A stretch of DNA of 64,000 nt, from the IMG/VR virus record IMGVR_UViG_3300019757_000006, one strand, 5' to 3'. Of this stretch, positions 30,250 to 39,444 are shown in pieces. The position numbers and the translations under genes were made by a program. The notes below the pieces were generated by a model. The model was not told where the DNA came from, made no database searches, and was given only the letters and a program-made list of their open reading frames with translations. Positions within the stretch are counted from its first letter, which is position 1. Every line of letters begins with the position of its first letter. This stretch comes from a virus. Its lineage: Duplodnaviria; Heunggongvirae; Uroviricota; Caudoviricetes.

Positions 30250-30941
30250 TGAATTATTTAGATAGTATTATTAATGATACAATGCATGGTCGTAGTAATA
30301 ACTTTGACCCAAATACCACAACTAGTCTTAGTTATTCTAGGAATGATTTAGATATTGGTAATTCGGACAAGGTAATTCCAAAAGAAATTAAACAATCGGG
30401 TATTTCTGATTTGGTGGATATAGATAATTTAGGTTCTAAAGCATTAAAAGAATCCAGTATTAATGAAATACTAGATTTTGGATTATTTGAGAAAACTGTT
30501 AATATAGTAAACAACGATAATAAAAAAACTATAGGAAATAATTGGGCAAGTATTCCAGAAAATAAAAGTTCATTTAATAATGAATTATTATTAGATGCTT
30601 ATAATATAAATAAGTTATTAATTGATGGTAGAAATAATTCTATAACTGATTGGAATAATATTAGAATACATATGGTGGAAATGTTCAGAACGCTTATTAG
30701 TATTAATATAAAGAAGAATTCTGAGCTAACCTTATATTCTTTAATGTCTGCTAATCAAAAACAATTTCAGGAAAATCCCAGTACCCAATTAGAGAAATTC
30801 GATACTGAGTTTTGGGATTTATTCTTAATTCCGTTAACACTAAAACAGGAACAATTACTTGGTATTAAAGCGACTGAATTCTGGATGTATCTAGGATTTG
30901 ATATAAAAGATTTAATAAAAGATTTACAAGCTAATACGTAG
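30249..30941 (+). CDS. hypothetical protein
   Basis: 230-aa ORF coupled to the previous stop (TAATG). Confidence 0.5.
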   Translation: MNYLDSIINDTMHGRSNNFDPNTTTSLSYSRNDLDIGNSDKVIPKEIKQSGISDLVDIDNLGSKALKESSINEILDFGLFEKTVNIVNNDNKKTIGNNWASIPENKSSFNNELLLDAYNINKLLIDGRNNSITDWNNIRIHMVEMFRTLISINIKKNSELTLYSLMSANQKQFQENPSTQLEKFDTEFWDLFLIPLTLKQEQLLGIKATEFWMYLGFDIKDLIKDLQANT

Positions 30942-30983
30942 AGCTTATAGATAATTTATATATAAAAATAAAAGGAAATAAAC

Positions 30984-31550
30984 ATGGCATTAACGCATGA
31001 TTTTAAAAAAGATAGTTTAGTTGCCCCAGAGGTGCTCAGTATTGATAAAGATAGAAAAGAATTAGTGTCTTTAGAAATTTTAAAGTTTACAGAAGACACC
31101 TCTGAACTTTCGGAAGCAGAAATTAAAGATTTATATGAAAGAGTTACAAAAGAAGAATTTATTAAAGTTGATGATTTATCTCAACCATATGTTCTTAGAT
31201 TAGTAACTAGTACTGAAAAAGAATTAAGAAGTCTTGAACCAGACTTCTTACCATCGGGTGACGATTTTGAAATGGCCGAAACTATTCAAGATACATTAAA
31301 AGAAAATGGTATTAATGTTTACGGAGGTGATTTTAAAACTGAAGATTTAGAATACGCTGGAGAAATTAAACAACAGAAGTTATCCGATGCAATTAAACAA
31401 GAGATGTATAATGGATTAAAAGAATTAAGTGAAAAAACAAGCGCTGATAATTTAAGTATTGCGAAAGTAGATGAAGCCATTGATAATTCAGAAGAAATTG
31501 ATGCCGCTATCGAAGATGCAGAGATTATTGAAATCAACCAGAAGGATTAA
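30984..31550 (+). CDS. hypothetical acidic protein
   Basis: RBS aaaaggaaataaacATG. 188 aa, D/E-rich. Confidence 0.5.
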   Translation: MALTHDFKKDSLVAPEVLSIDKDRKELVSLEILKFTEDTSELSEAEIKDLYERVTKEEFIKVDDLSQPYVLRLVTSTEKELRSLEPDFLPSGDDFEMAETIQDTLKENGINVYGGDFKTEDLEYAGEIKQQKLSDAIKQEMYNGLKELSEKTSADNLSIAKVDEAIDNSEEIDAAIEDAEIIEINQKD

Positions 31551-31553
31551 TAA

Positions 31554-33059
31554 ATGAAATTAATTAGGTCAAAGCTTGCGGATAAACGAGAAAAGAAATT
31601 AACATATGACTATAATTTTATAGAAGAAAAGATACAGCTATTCTTGGAAAAATACCAAGTGGATAAAGAAATGGAAATATTTATCCAGGATCTAATTGAT
31701 AAAGAAATCGATCTCGATAAAGCATATATTAATATTACTGCTAAAAAAATTGATAAAGAGCCTCAGGTTCAGGTTGATTTTTTTAGTAGAATTAAAGTTA
31801 AGTTAGAAGAATTCATTGTCGATTGTATTAAAAAAGAAATTATTTTAGTACAAGCTAATGATGGAGAAGAGAGTGCTGCTATAACAGAAGAGATTTTAAT
31901 GAACACATTAGAAACTATTCCACTTACTATGTTTGAAGATGGTATTCAAAGAACTACTTTAGTTGCTTATCATTATTTCTTAAAAATTCTGCACCAGAAT
32001 ACAGAAGCTTATATGGAAAAAAATAAGATTAAAAAAATTAAAGGTATTAAAAATCCTAATGAAATCTTAGCAAATGAAATATATAATGTTATTGGTAAAG
32101 ATAAAGAAATGATTAGATTTACATTAACTATTAAAAACCTTATTGAACAATGGTTGGTAAAATATACTAGTAAAACTAAAATTGGCGATTTCTATTATGA
32201 TATATTAATGATTACTCCAGAGTATATAGTTGAGAAAATTCTAAAATATTTAATTATGGTTGCCATAAGAAATAAGAATCCTATGACTCTAAGAGCTATC
32301 TTTAGTTCATATATTACTTTAATTCATAAAAATTTATTTAGTTATTATGCTACGAATCTTAGTAAAGTAAAGGTTGGATATTTTAAGCAATTAGAAAATC
32401 TATTTACAGAGAATTTTGATTTACTTCATGATAAAGGCGAGAGTCGAGATCCAAAGAAATTCATTATGGATATTATGATAAAGACTTATCTAATGAAAAA
32501 TAAAAGACATCTAAAAGATGATATGGATTTTTTAAATGATGAATACTATCAACATTTCTTCGAGACTAATTATTTTGATGCTATGAGTTCATATAAATAT
32601 GAAAGTAATATGTCATTACTCGATCATATGTATTTTTATGAAACTGTATATAAATATACAAAGAATAGTTCGGATGCTCATGGAACTAGCAATGAATTAA
32701 ATAATAAATATATCGTTAATTCTGAATTCTTTAAGAAAAGTAATAAAAAGAAAAATCTTTTATATATCCAAGAAAAATTAGGAAAGAAACTATTTTCTCA
32801 TTTCTATAATATTTTTGGAGATAAAGAAAGTGTAATGCAAATTTTAGAAAGTATGTCAAAAGATATAATTAAGAAATTAAATTTTAATTATTATCTAGAT
32901 GAAGATTTAAAAAGTGTTGAATTTAACTTTAATGAATACTTAGATAATATCGATTATTTTATTGATAGAATCGAAAAAGTAATTCTAAGAGATAAAAGTA
33001 TTACTCCAAATATTAATGTAATGGACATTTTAAGTAATCCAAACGACAAGAAGGCTTAG
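31554..33059 (+). CDS. hypothetical protein
   Basis: 501-aa ORF. Last gene of the rightward block. Confidence 0.55.
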   Translation: MKLIRSKLADKREKKLTYDYNFIEEKIQLFLEKYQVDKEMEIFIQDLIDKEIDLDKAYINITAKKIDKEPQVQVDFFSRIKVKLEEFIVDCIKKEIILVQANDGEESAAITEEILMNTLETIPLTMFEDGIQRTTLVAYHYFLKILHQNTEAYMEKNKIKKIKGIKNPNEILANEIYNVIGKDKEMIRFTLTIKNLIEQWLVKYTSKTKIGDFYYDILMITPEYIVEKILKYLIMVAIRNKNPMTLRAIFSSYITLIHKNLFSYYATNLSKVKVGYFKQLENLFTENFDLLHDKGESRDPKKFIMDIMIKTYLMKNKRHLKDDMDFLNDEYYQHFFETNYFDAMSSYKYESNMSLLDHMYFYETVYKYTKNSSDAHGTSNELNNKYIVNSEFFKKSNKKKNLLYIQEKLGKKLFSHFYNIFGDKESVMQILESMSKDIIKKLNFNYYLDEDLKSVEFNFNEYLDNIDYFIDRIEKVILRDKSITPNINVMDILSNPNDKKA

Positions 33060-33096
33060 GAAAGAGATTAATCTCTTTCCGTATTCCTGTGCTTTA
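33059..33096. terminator. bidirectional terminator (perfect 22-bp palindrome) between convergent genes, followed by TATTCCTGTG
   Basis: ggaaagagattaatctctttcc lies between the stop of 31554..33059 (+) and the stop of 33098..33730 (-). The downstream gtattcctgtgcttt resembles the TTCCTGTCG motif family. Confidence 0.6.
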
Positions 33097-33097
33097 T

Positions 33098-33730
33098 TTA
33101 ACCTTGGTATATATTTTCGCCCATATTATCAAAATTATTTTCTTGTTGTTTAGTAGGATTATTATTTATATCTATCCCCATTTTTTTTAGGAATTGAGTT
33201 TCTCCCGATTGGGCCTGAACGGCCTTCTGTAAATTATTAGTCCCGCTAAAATCATATTGATTACCAGTTACTTCTGGTTCCTTCTTTACTAAGGTACTTG
33301 TTATAATATCCTCTTTTTTTAATGGTCCAGTTACTGGAGTCTGATCATTATTTATAGTACTAATATTTTCATCAGCTGGTTTTATATTAGATTCTATTTT
33401 TTTAGCCGGAGCCGTTCCAAATTTATCTGTATATTCTTTAGCTGCTGGATTATTTACATCAAATGATTTATTATTTAAATGTTTATTATAATCCTCGTGT
33501 GAGTTAATATTTAATGATTTCATATAATCTTGCGATTTGGTAGCATCCGTTATTGGAGTAACTACCTGCTGTGGTTCAACTTTAACTGGTTCCGAAACAT
33601 GTCCGGAATTTTTATTCATTAAATGTTGAGCTCCATAAGCACCTCCAGCTGTTCCAGCTAGACCTAAACCTACCTTAGTACCTAATCCCATTTCTTCTAA
33701 TAAAGAACTTTTATTTACTTCTAATTTCAT
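33098..33730 (-). CDS. hypothetical protein with Gly/Ala-rich N-terminal segment
   Basis: 210-aa ORF on the minus strand. GLGTKVGLGLAGTAGGAYGAQ is glycine-zipper-like. Confidence 0.5.
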   Translation of the reverse strand: MKLEVNKSSLLEEMGLGTKVGLGLAGTAGGAYGAQHLMNKNSGHVSEPVKVEPQQVVTPITDATKSQDYMKSLNINSHEDYNKHLNNKSFDVNNPAAKEYTDKFGTAPAKKIESNIKPADENISTINNDQTPVTGPLKKEDIITSTLVKKEPEVTGNQYDFSGTNNLQKAVQAQSGETQFLKKMGIDINNNPTKQQENNFDNMGENIYQG

Positions 33731-34105
33731 TTATTTTCCTGTAAGACTTGTTTTTAATCTAGTATCTTTCCAAACTCTCCATCTACCTTGAACTATAGAT
33801 AATTCTAAATACATTCCATCTTTAAAATACATACTAACTTCGACAAGACTACTCTTACTCGTTACTACTGCATTCTCTTCCATGAAAGTAATATTATTTG
33901 GATTAATATAATAACCATTTATATTATAAAAATTATATTGACTAAAGAATTTAACACTTGTATCCTTCAACTCTTGATGCATATCTAATTTAACTCTTTT
34001 AATACTAGCCTTATGTTTATATACCACATAAAACTCTTCCTCTTTTAATTCTATATATCCGATATTCTCTGTATTAATAGTTACGTTACCTAATTTTAAA
34101 AACAT
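33731..34105 (-). CDS. hypothetical protein
   Basis: 124-aa ORF whose start is adjacent to the previous gene. Confidence 0.45.
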   Translation of the reverse strand: MFLKLGNVTINTENIGYIELKEEEFYVVYKHKASIKRVKLDMHQELKDTSVKFFSQYNFYNINGYYINPNNITFMEENAVVTSKSSLVEVSMYFKDGMYLELSIVQGRWRVWKDTRLKTSLTGK

Positions 34106-34124
34106 TCTTTTTCCTTTGATTTAT

Positions 34125-34607
34125 TTATATCTTTATTTTAGTTAGGTACTCTTTTTGACTTAGTCCATTAGGGGAAATTCTTTTATGTCCTCTTTTAATT
34201 AACATATTTGCTAACTCAGAACAATACCATTTATTATTTAATTGAAATCCAACAGGTATTACCCAATCAAATAATATTCCAATATAATCATATTTTAAAT
34301 CTAAATATTTATTTGCTTTATCTTTTATTCTTCTTTCTTGAAAATCATCAATTGTAGTATTAAATAATCCAGTAACTTGATAAATATCCCAATGACCATT
34401 TGTAAGATCTATATCTTTATATCTTACTATATTTTCTCTACCTGATATACCAAAACAATTAGCTTTGCTATAATTATACTCTTTATTTATTTCATGAGTA
34501 CCATCGAATACTATCTCTACATGGGAATATCCATTTCTACCAGTAAATAAATCGATTACTTTATCTAATAGTTTTCCCTTTTCTTTTTTATAAAATGCTA
34601 ATTTCAT
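34125..34607 (-). CDS. hypothetical protein; possible permuted papain-fold (NlpC/P60-like) hydrolase
   Basis: 160-aa ORF. Candidate His (YSHVEIVFDG) precedes candidate Cys (NKWYCSELA), as in permuted NlpC/P60/YiiX-like enzymes. This is a weak motif-level inference. Confidence 0.4.
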   Translation of the reverse strand: MKLAFYKKEKGKLLDKVIDLFTGRNGYSHVEIVFDGTHEINKEYNYSKANCFGISGRENIVRYKDIDLTNGHWDIYQVTGLFNTTIDDFQERRIKDKANKYLDLKYDYIGILFDWVIPVGFQLNNKWYCSELANMLIKRGHKRISPNGLSQKEYLTKIKI

Positions 34608-34754
34608 TTTACCTCCAACTCTTAAAAATTATTTTTTATTGTGTCTTGATATATTTTTGTTAATCCTGGACTAATAAGTCCAATCTTAAAAAATGGAAAA
34701 ATTATTTTTTTTATTATGATTATGCAAATTAGTTCTAGAATTTGCATGGACTAA

Positions 34755-34818
34755 CTTTAAAATAAGTAAATTAAAGTATAGATATATTATAATCAGATAA
34801 AGAAGTAGTATTGAAAAA
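34755..34818 (+). promoter_or_regulatory. conserved ~60-bp promoter-like block, copy 2 (divergent promoter region)
   Basis: ctttaaaataagtaaattaaagtatagatatattataatcagataaagaagtagtattgaaaaa, ~85% identical to 15808..15870. It sits in the 314-bp divergent intergenic region 34608..34921. Confidence 0.45.
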
Positions 34819-34921
34819 TACTATTATTTTATTCAGTTTAAAAAATAGGTTTTAGACAGAAGAAATAGTACATCGGTGTTTTGAATGATGTAGAGATAAA
34901 TAAACAGTATAAGGATAAAAA

Positions 34922-35710
34922 TTGTTAAATTTAAACAACTCGATAATAATTGAAGAGGTAGATAAAATTGAAAAATTAACTACTTGTATAGAAATTTTAA
35001 AAAAAAATGGTATTTCTGAAAAAGAAACAGAATTAAAAATGAATACTTTATTTTATAAAACAATTAATTTAATTAATGATAGCACAGATTATTATATAGA
35101 ATTAATTGAAAATTTTGCAGAGTTTGAAAAAAAGTGGGTTATAGATAAAACAGAACCTACTCCAATTCATAACGCTTTAAATAAAGAAGTAGATATTTTA
35201 TTAAATATTAGAAAAAAACTAGTTGAACTAACTGGAATAAAATTAGAGGACGAAAAAGAAAAAGCTGTTGAAACAGTAAAAGAAGTAAAAGAAGTAAAAG
35301 AAGTAAAAAAAACTAATACTATTAGTTTAAAAGTTCATAAAGAGCATGTTCTTAAAGTTGATTTCAAAGATGATTTTTCTGGAAGCGTTCAAGATAATTC
35401 AAAAACTATTCAATTAGTATTTAGAGGAAAGCAAAAAAGCTCTAAAGTAGGTTATATTTTTGAGTACTTCAAAGGTAAGGATGGAATGACATGTAATCAT
35501 ATATTATATGTTGGAACTACTTATATTGATAAAAAATACAGTAAAATGTATGTGGTTACTCTCGAAGGAGTGGCTAGTTATAATTTAAATATTATAAATA
35601 AATATGTTACTGGTTTTGGAAAAGAAACTCCTATTGGAGATGGCTTGAGTATTATTAATCCTAATTTTATAAAATTAAAAGCAGGACATGAATTAAAGCT
35701 AGTGGAATAA
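34922..35710 (+). CDS. hypothetical protein with KEV tandem repeats
   Basis: The listed start is a TTG (aaggataaaaaTTG). The first ATG (MNTLFYKT) lies ~120 nt downstream. Contains VKEVKEVKEVKEVKK. Confidence 0.4.
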   Translation: MLNLNNSIIIEEVDKIEKLTTCIEILKKNGISEKETELKMNTLFYKTINLINDSTDYYIELIENFAEFEKKWVIDKTEPTPIHNALNKEVDILLNIRKKLVELTGIKLEDEKEKAVETVKEVKEVKEVKKTNTISLKVHKEHVLKVDFKDDFSGSVQDNSKTIQLVFRGKQKSSKVGYIFEYFKGKDGMTCNHILYVGTTYIDKKYSKMYVVTLEGVASYNLNIINKYVTGFGKETPIGDGLSIINPNFIKLKAGHELKLVE

Positions 35711-35712
35711 AA

Positions 35713-36081
35713 ATGGTAGTTTCGTTACAATATATTTTAAATAATTTAAGTATTGATGATTTAACATCCGGTAAACAGATAGAATCATCTAGCTTAAATT
35801 TAAGGTGTCCAAATACAGGGAATAAATTAAGTACTAGTACTATAGAACAACTTTTTATAGAAGCTGGTTACTTAGTTCTTATTCCTAGTTCGGATATTAT
35901 TATTCCAGTTTGTCCTATTCAATTAGACATATCTAGAAGAAAGAAAAGAGGATTTACTTTATTAATTAAAGATGAATACATCAATAGAGTGATTGGATAT
36001 CAAGGTAAAAAAATTTTAGCTTTAAATGATACTTATAACGCTAAATTTAATATAAAAGAGTACTTAATAGAAAAGGAATAA
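35713..36081 (+). CDS. hypothetical protein
   Basis: 122-aa ORF coupled to its upstream neighbour. Confidence 0.45.
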   Translation: MVVSLQYILNNLSIDDLTSGKQIESSSLNLRCPNTGNKLSTSTIEQLFIEAGYLVLIPSSDIIIPVCPIQLDISRRKKRGFTLLIKDEYINRVIGYQGKKILALNDTYNAKFNIKEYLIEKE

Positions 36082-36083
36082 AA

Positions 36084-36359
36084 ATGGAAATACTGCAATA
36101 TAAAAAAGTAACTGCTAATGAAGATCAAAAAATAATGGATCTAGATATTCCAACTAGAATTTTATATGATCAGAAAAAAGATGATTCTATTATTATGACT
36201 GATATGGAGTGGAGTAATTTTATTGAATATACTCTTGGTCAAAACATGACATGGGAACAAGCTAATACTTGGCGTGCAAATAATACAATTATTGATACCC
36301 CAGTTTTAGTTGCTAATAATGGGGATGCTTATCAGTTAATTCCATTAAAATATAATTAA
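36084..36359 (+). CDS. hypothetical protein
   Basis: 91-aa ORF. Confidence 0.4.
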   Translation: MEILQYKKVTANEDQKIMDLDIPTRILYDQKKDDSIIMTDMEWSNFIEYTLGQNMTWEQANTWRANNTIIDTPVLVANNGDAYQLIPLKYN

Positions 36360-36384
36360 AAATAAAAGATTGGAGAAGATAAAG

Positions 36385-36606
36385 ATGGATTTAGAGGATT
36401 TTGAAAAAGGTAAAAAGATTCAATTAGCTATCGAAACGGTAAAAAGAAATCTACAACTATTAGAAAGTTCTAATAAAATAAATGTTAGTATTTCTGGTAC
36501 TAAGCTTATTATGCCAGACGATATGGCAAATGAAGTTAAAGCTAGTTTGAAAGAAAAATACAATAGTCGATTAGGCCAATTAAATGTGGATTTTAAAAAT
36601 TTATAA
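36385..36606 (+). CDS. small hypothetical protein
   Basis: ATG at 36385 (MDLEDF) with RBS ttggagaagataaagATG. The track start at 36370 is a TTG. Confidence 0.4.
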   Translation: MDLEDFEKGKKIQLAIETVKRNLQLLESSNKINVSISGTKLIMPDDMANEVKASLKEKYNSRLGQLNVDFKNL

Positions 36607-36623
36607 AATAAAAAGGATTCTTT

Positions 36624-36833
36624 ATGGAAGATTCTAAACAAGCATTAGAAAAAGAAGAACAATTATTAACTAATGATATATCTATTATTAAAAATAATTC
36701 TTTAATTGAAGTTTTTGCTGATGGTAAAAAAATATATATACCAGATGATATATTAGAAGAAGCAGTGCAGTTAATTACAGAGCAAATGGAATATTATTTA
36801 GCTGATGTAAAATGCAAAATAGTAAATTTATAA
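36624..36833 (+). CDS. small hypothetical protein
   Basis: 69-aa ORF with RBS aaaaggattctttATG. Confidence 0.4.
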   Translation: MEDSKQALEKEEQLLTNDISIIKNNSLIEVFADGKKIYIPDDILEEAVQLITEQMEYYLADVKCKIVNL

Positions 36834-36843
36834 GGAGTTCTTT

Positions 36844-37044
36844 ATGGACTTAGGTTGGAAGAATTTTAAAAAAAAATTGGATATGAAATTTATATTACTG
36901 ATGATTATAGCTATTGTTTTTAGTTTAAATGGATATGTGGTTGGATATCAGAAAGGGTATGTTTCTGGTAAACGGGATGGAATAAAATTAGGAGTAAGTG
37001 ATGAAAAGAATAATGTTTTTACTATTAGTAATATTAATAAGTAA
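36844..37044 (+). CDS. small membrane protein
   Basis: 66-aa ORF with a hydrophobic segment, FILLMIIAIVFSLNGYVV. Confidence 0.35.
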   Translation: MDLGWKNFKKKLDMKFILLMIIAIVFSLNGYVVGYQKGYVSGKRDGIKLGVSDEKNNVFTISNINK

Positions 37045-37591
37045 TGTATCTGGAACTAAGTTAATTCCTATCGAACAATTAGAACGCGAATTTTTAGAGT
37101 TACGGCCATATCAAAGAGAGAATTTAGTTCAGATTTTTATGAGGGCTCGTAAAGATAATTTATCCTGGACGGCGGTAGCCACATCTTGGGAAGAATCAAA
37201 ATTTGGTAGATTTCAAATGGGGTTTCCTAGAGATGGTAGTATAGATTGTGGGGTATTCCATAATAATACTACAGTGCTTTTAGATGCTAGAGATTTAAAA
37301 AGATCCCTTTATAATAAGATTGGGATTTGTACTACAATAATAAGTAATCCGGAATTGGCTTATCAAGAGTTTAAAAAAAATATAGACTATTGGAAAAGAA
37401 CTAGAGGAAAGGGAAATTGGTTTGGTATATGGAAAGGATATAATTCTGGATATAGAAAAACTAATAATAATTATCCTATTATGATAATGAGACGTATAAG
37501 AGTTATTAAAACTTTTATGCCTTATTTAAAAGGCAATCCTTTTTTCGGTAATGTTAAGTTCATTATAAAAAAAGATCCGGAAAGTATTTAG
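36998..37591 (+). CDS. secreted lytic transglycosylase (SLT-domain)-like protein
   Basis: The N-terminus has a signal peptide MMKRIMFLLLVILISNVSG. SWEESKFGRFQMG resembles the SLT catalytic E-S motif plus GLMQ. GYNSGY resembles the AYNAG motif. Confidence 0.5.
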   Translation: MMKRIMFLLLVILISNVSGTKLIPIEQLEREFLELRPYQRENLVQIFMRARKDNLSWTAVATSWEESKFGRFQMGFPRDGSIDCGVFHNNTTVLLDARDLKRSLYNKIGICTTIISNPELAYQEFKKNIDYWKRTRGKGNWFGIWKGYNSGYRKTNNNYPIMIMRRIRVIKTFMPYLKGNPFFGNVKFIIKKDPESI

Positions 37592-37600
37592 AGTTTTAAA

Positions 37601-37927
37601 ATGAAAGAACTAAGCCTCTATACTAAGCAGGAACTATTGTTAGTTATATCTAGTTCTATTCCAAATATAGATTTCGGTATTATGAAAGATGGGACTGTCT
37701 CTGGAATTTTAATTCCAAGAATAGGAAATCAATTTTATAATATCTGGTTTAAATTCAGAGTAGATAATAACGAGTTAGTTTGCGAAATGAAAGAAAATGA
37801 TAGTGAAACTATCTTTTTAAGAATAAAAGATCTTAGAGAAATTCTTAATACAGTTATTGCATTAAGAAGTACTCTTGTAAATACCTATCAATTTGGATAC
37901 GAATTTTATCCAAATAAGGTACATTAA
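37601..37927 (+). CDS. hypothetical protein
   Basis: 108-aa ORF. Confidence 0.45.
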   Translation: MKELSLYTKQELLLVISSSIPNIDFGIMKDGTVSGILIPRIGNQFYNIWFKFRVDNNELVCEMKENDSETIFLRIKDLREILNTVIALRSTLVNTYQFGYEFYPNKVH

Positions 37928-37943
37928 AAACAAAGGAAATAAA

Positions 37944-38513
37944 ATGTCTAAATATACATTTAAAAATAATCCAGAGAATGTGGCTAGAACAGAAGAGTTT
38001 AGTCAAGTTGTAGTATATAAAATGTCGGCTCAGAAATTAGAGGAATACTTAGAATTAACTAGAAAACCTATAACGGAAGAACTTATAAAAGATTGTTTAA
38101 AAATGCTTTTAGAACATATTGATCCACGAATGGATTATCAGATTTTAGAGGTACTTAATGGTTTACCAGTATGGTGTAATGAAGGTCATAAACAAGATGG
38201 TTTAGGTGTTTATGTATTATTTGCGGTAAGACCAGATAATATTAGTGATGCTTTTGCTATGCAAAAAAAAGCATATGATATGGCTTGGATAGAAGATCTA
38301 ATGAGTGATTGTATGTATTATTCAGAAAGAAAATTCTTTCCAGAGAGATGCTTTGATTATCTTACTTGGGATGCTGAAGTTGGTTTGGATGAGTATAGAG
38401 AATTTGCTATGGCTAGAAGAGTTAGAAATGATTGTCTTATTTGGAATAGTATTCTAACCAAAAAAATATTAGAAGAATCAACTCGTGGGTGTAGTCGTCA
38501 TGCCTCAGATTAG
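37944..38513 (+). CDS. hypothetical protein
   Basis: ATG at 37944 (MSKYTF) with RBS aaacaaaggaaataaaATG. I preferred it over the overlapping track start at 37893. Confidence 0.5.
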   Translation: MSKYTFKNNPENVARTEEFSQVVVYKMSAQKLEEYLELTRKPITEELIKDCLKMLLEHIDPRMDYQILEVLNGLPVWCNEGHKQDGLGVYVLFAVRPDNISDAFAMQKKAYDMAWIEDLMSDCMYYSERKFFPERCFDYLTWDAEVGLDEYREFAMARRVRNDCLIWNSILTKKILEESTRGCSRHASD

Positions 38514-38703
38514 AGCTAAGATATTAATAGAACATATTAATGGAACTTATAAAATTTATCTAGATCAAGTGTCTAGTGTAAATCTTAATAAAGAAACTAG
38601 GATGGACAAAGCCAGTTTAGAAATAGCTAAAACTAATTCGGATTTTGTCAAATTAGAATTTGACAATGACGCTACTGCTTTAGATTATTTTGATAAATTA
38701 TAA
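38500..38703 (+). CDS. small hypothetical protein
   Basis: The ATG start (MPQIRAK) has no clear RBS. The track gives a GTG start at 38485. Confidence 0.3.
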   Translation: MPQIRAKILIEHINGTYKIYLDQVSSVNLNKETRMDKASLEIAKTNSDFVKLEFDNDATALDYFDKL

Positions 38704-38714
38704 ATGGAGTTAAT

Positions 38715-38933
38715 ATGCCAAAGATAAAAAACTTTGATAAGTTCAAGGTCTTTATAAATTGTTTATTTGGATCTTGGGGTGGTGATACGCCAGCGGAAGT
38801 CTATTGGGCAGCAGAAGATTTATTATTATTTCTAGAGGAAGAATACGATGTAATAATAATTAATAGATTTGATGAAAGTAAACCCGAAAACGTGGAATTA
38901 GTTTTAGAAGAATTGCAAAAAAAATTAGGATAA
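38715..38933 (+). CDS. small hypothetical protein
   Basis: 72-aa ORF with RBS aatggagttaatATG. Confidence 0.4.
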   Translation: MPKIKNFDKFKVFINCLFGSWGGDTPAEVYWAAEDLLLFLEEEYDVIIINRFDESKPENVELVLEELQKKLG

Positions 38934-38936
38934 TTT

Positions 38937-39389
38937 ATGGAAAATTTAGGATGTAATAAATATGTAGATGGTTTAAAATTTAGAAGACAGTTAATGTGTG
39001 TTGATATAGATATAGAAAATATGATTAAAATATATGGTCTTAAATTGATAATAGATACATTTGAAGAATTTGATGTAGATGAAGAAAATTTAAATTTAGC
39101 CATAGCTTTTGGAGAAGCTAGGTTTACAATTTTACAATTAAGAAGAGATGAATTAAAAAGATATATTCATTTAGCTATATCTAATGCTGAAGAATTTGGT
39201 TCCCTTCTTAATATTATTATTAAAAATAATAATATTGATATTAAATTAGAAGCTCAGGCAATTATAGATTTAGTATCTCATACAAATCAATTTGAAGTAA
39301 ATAATGATATTGAGATGGATATTTTAGACGAAGAAAATCTATATAACAGTCAAAATATTATTTTAGAAATTAGTCAAAAATTAAATTAA
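38937..39389 (+). CDS. hypothetical protein
   Basis: 150-aa ORF. Confidence 0.45.
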   Translation: MENLGCNKYVDGLKFRRQLMCVDIDIENMIKIYGLKLIIDTFEEFDVDEENLNLAIAFGEARFTILQLRRDELKRYIHLAISNAEEFGSLLNIIIKNNNIDIKLEAQAIIDLVSHTNQFEVNNDIEMDILDEENLYNSQNIILEISQKLN

Positions 39390-39444
39390 GTCTAGTATGT
39401 CCGTAGGCCGAAGCCTACAATATTAAATTAAAAAAGGAAAAAAG

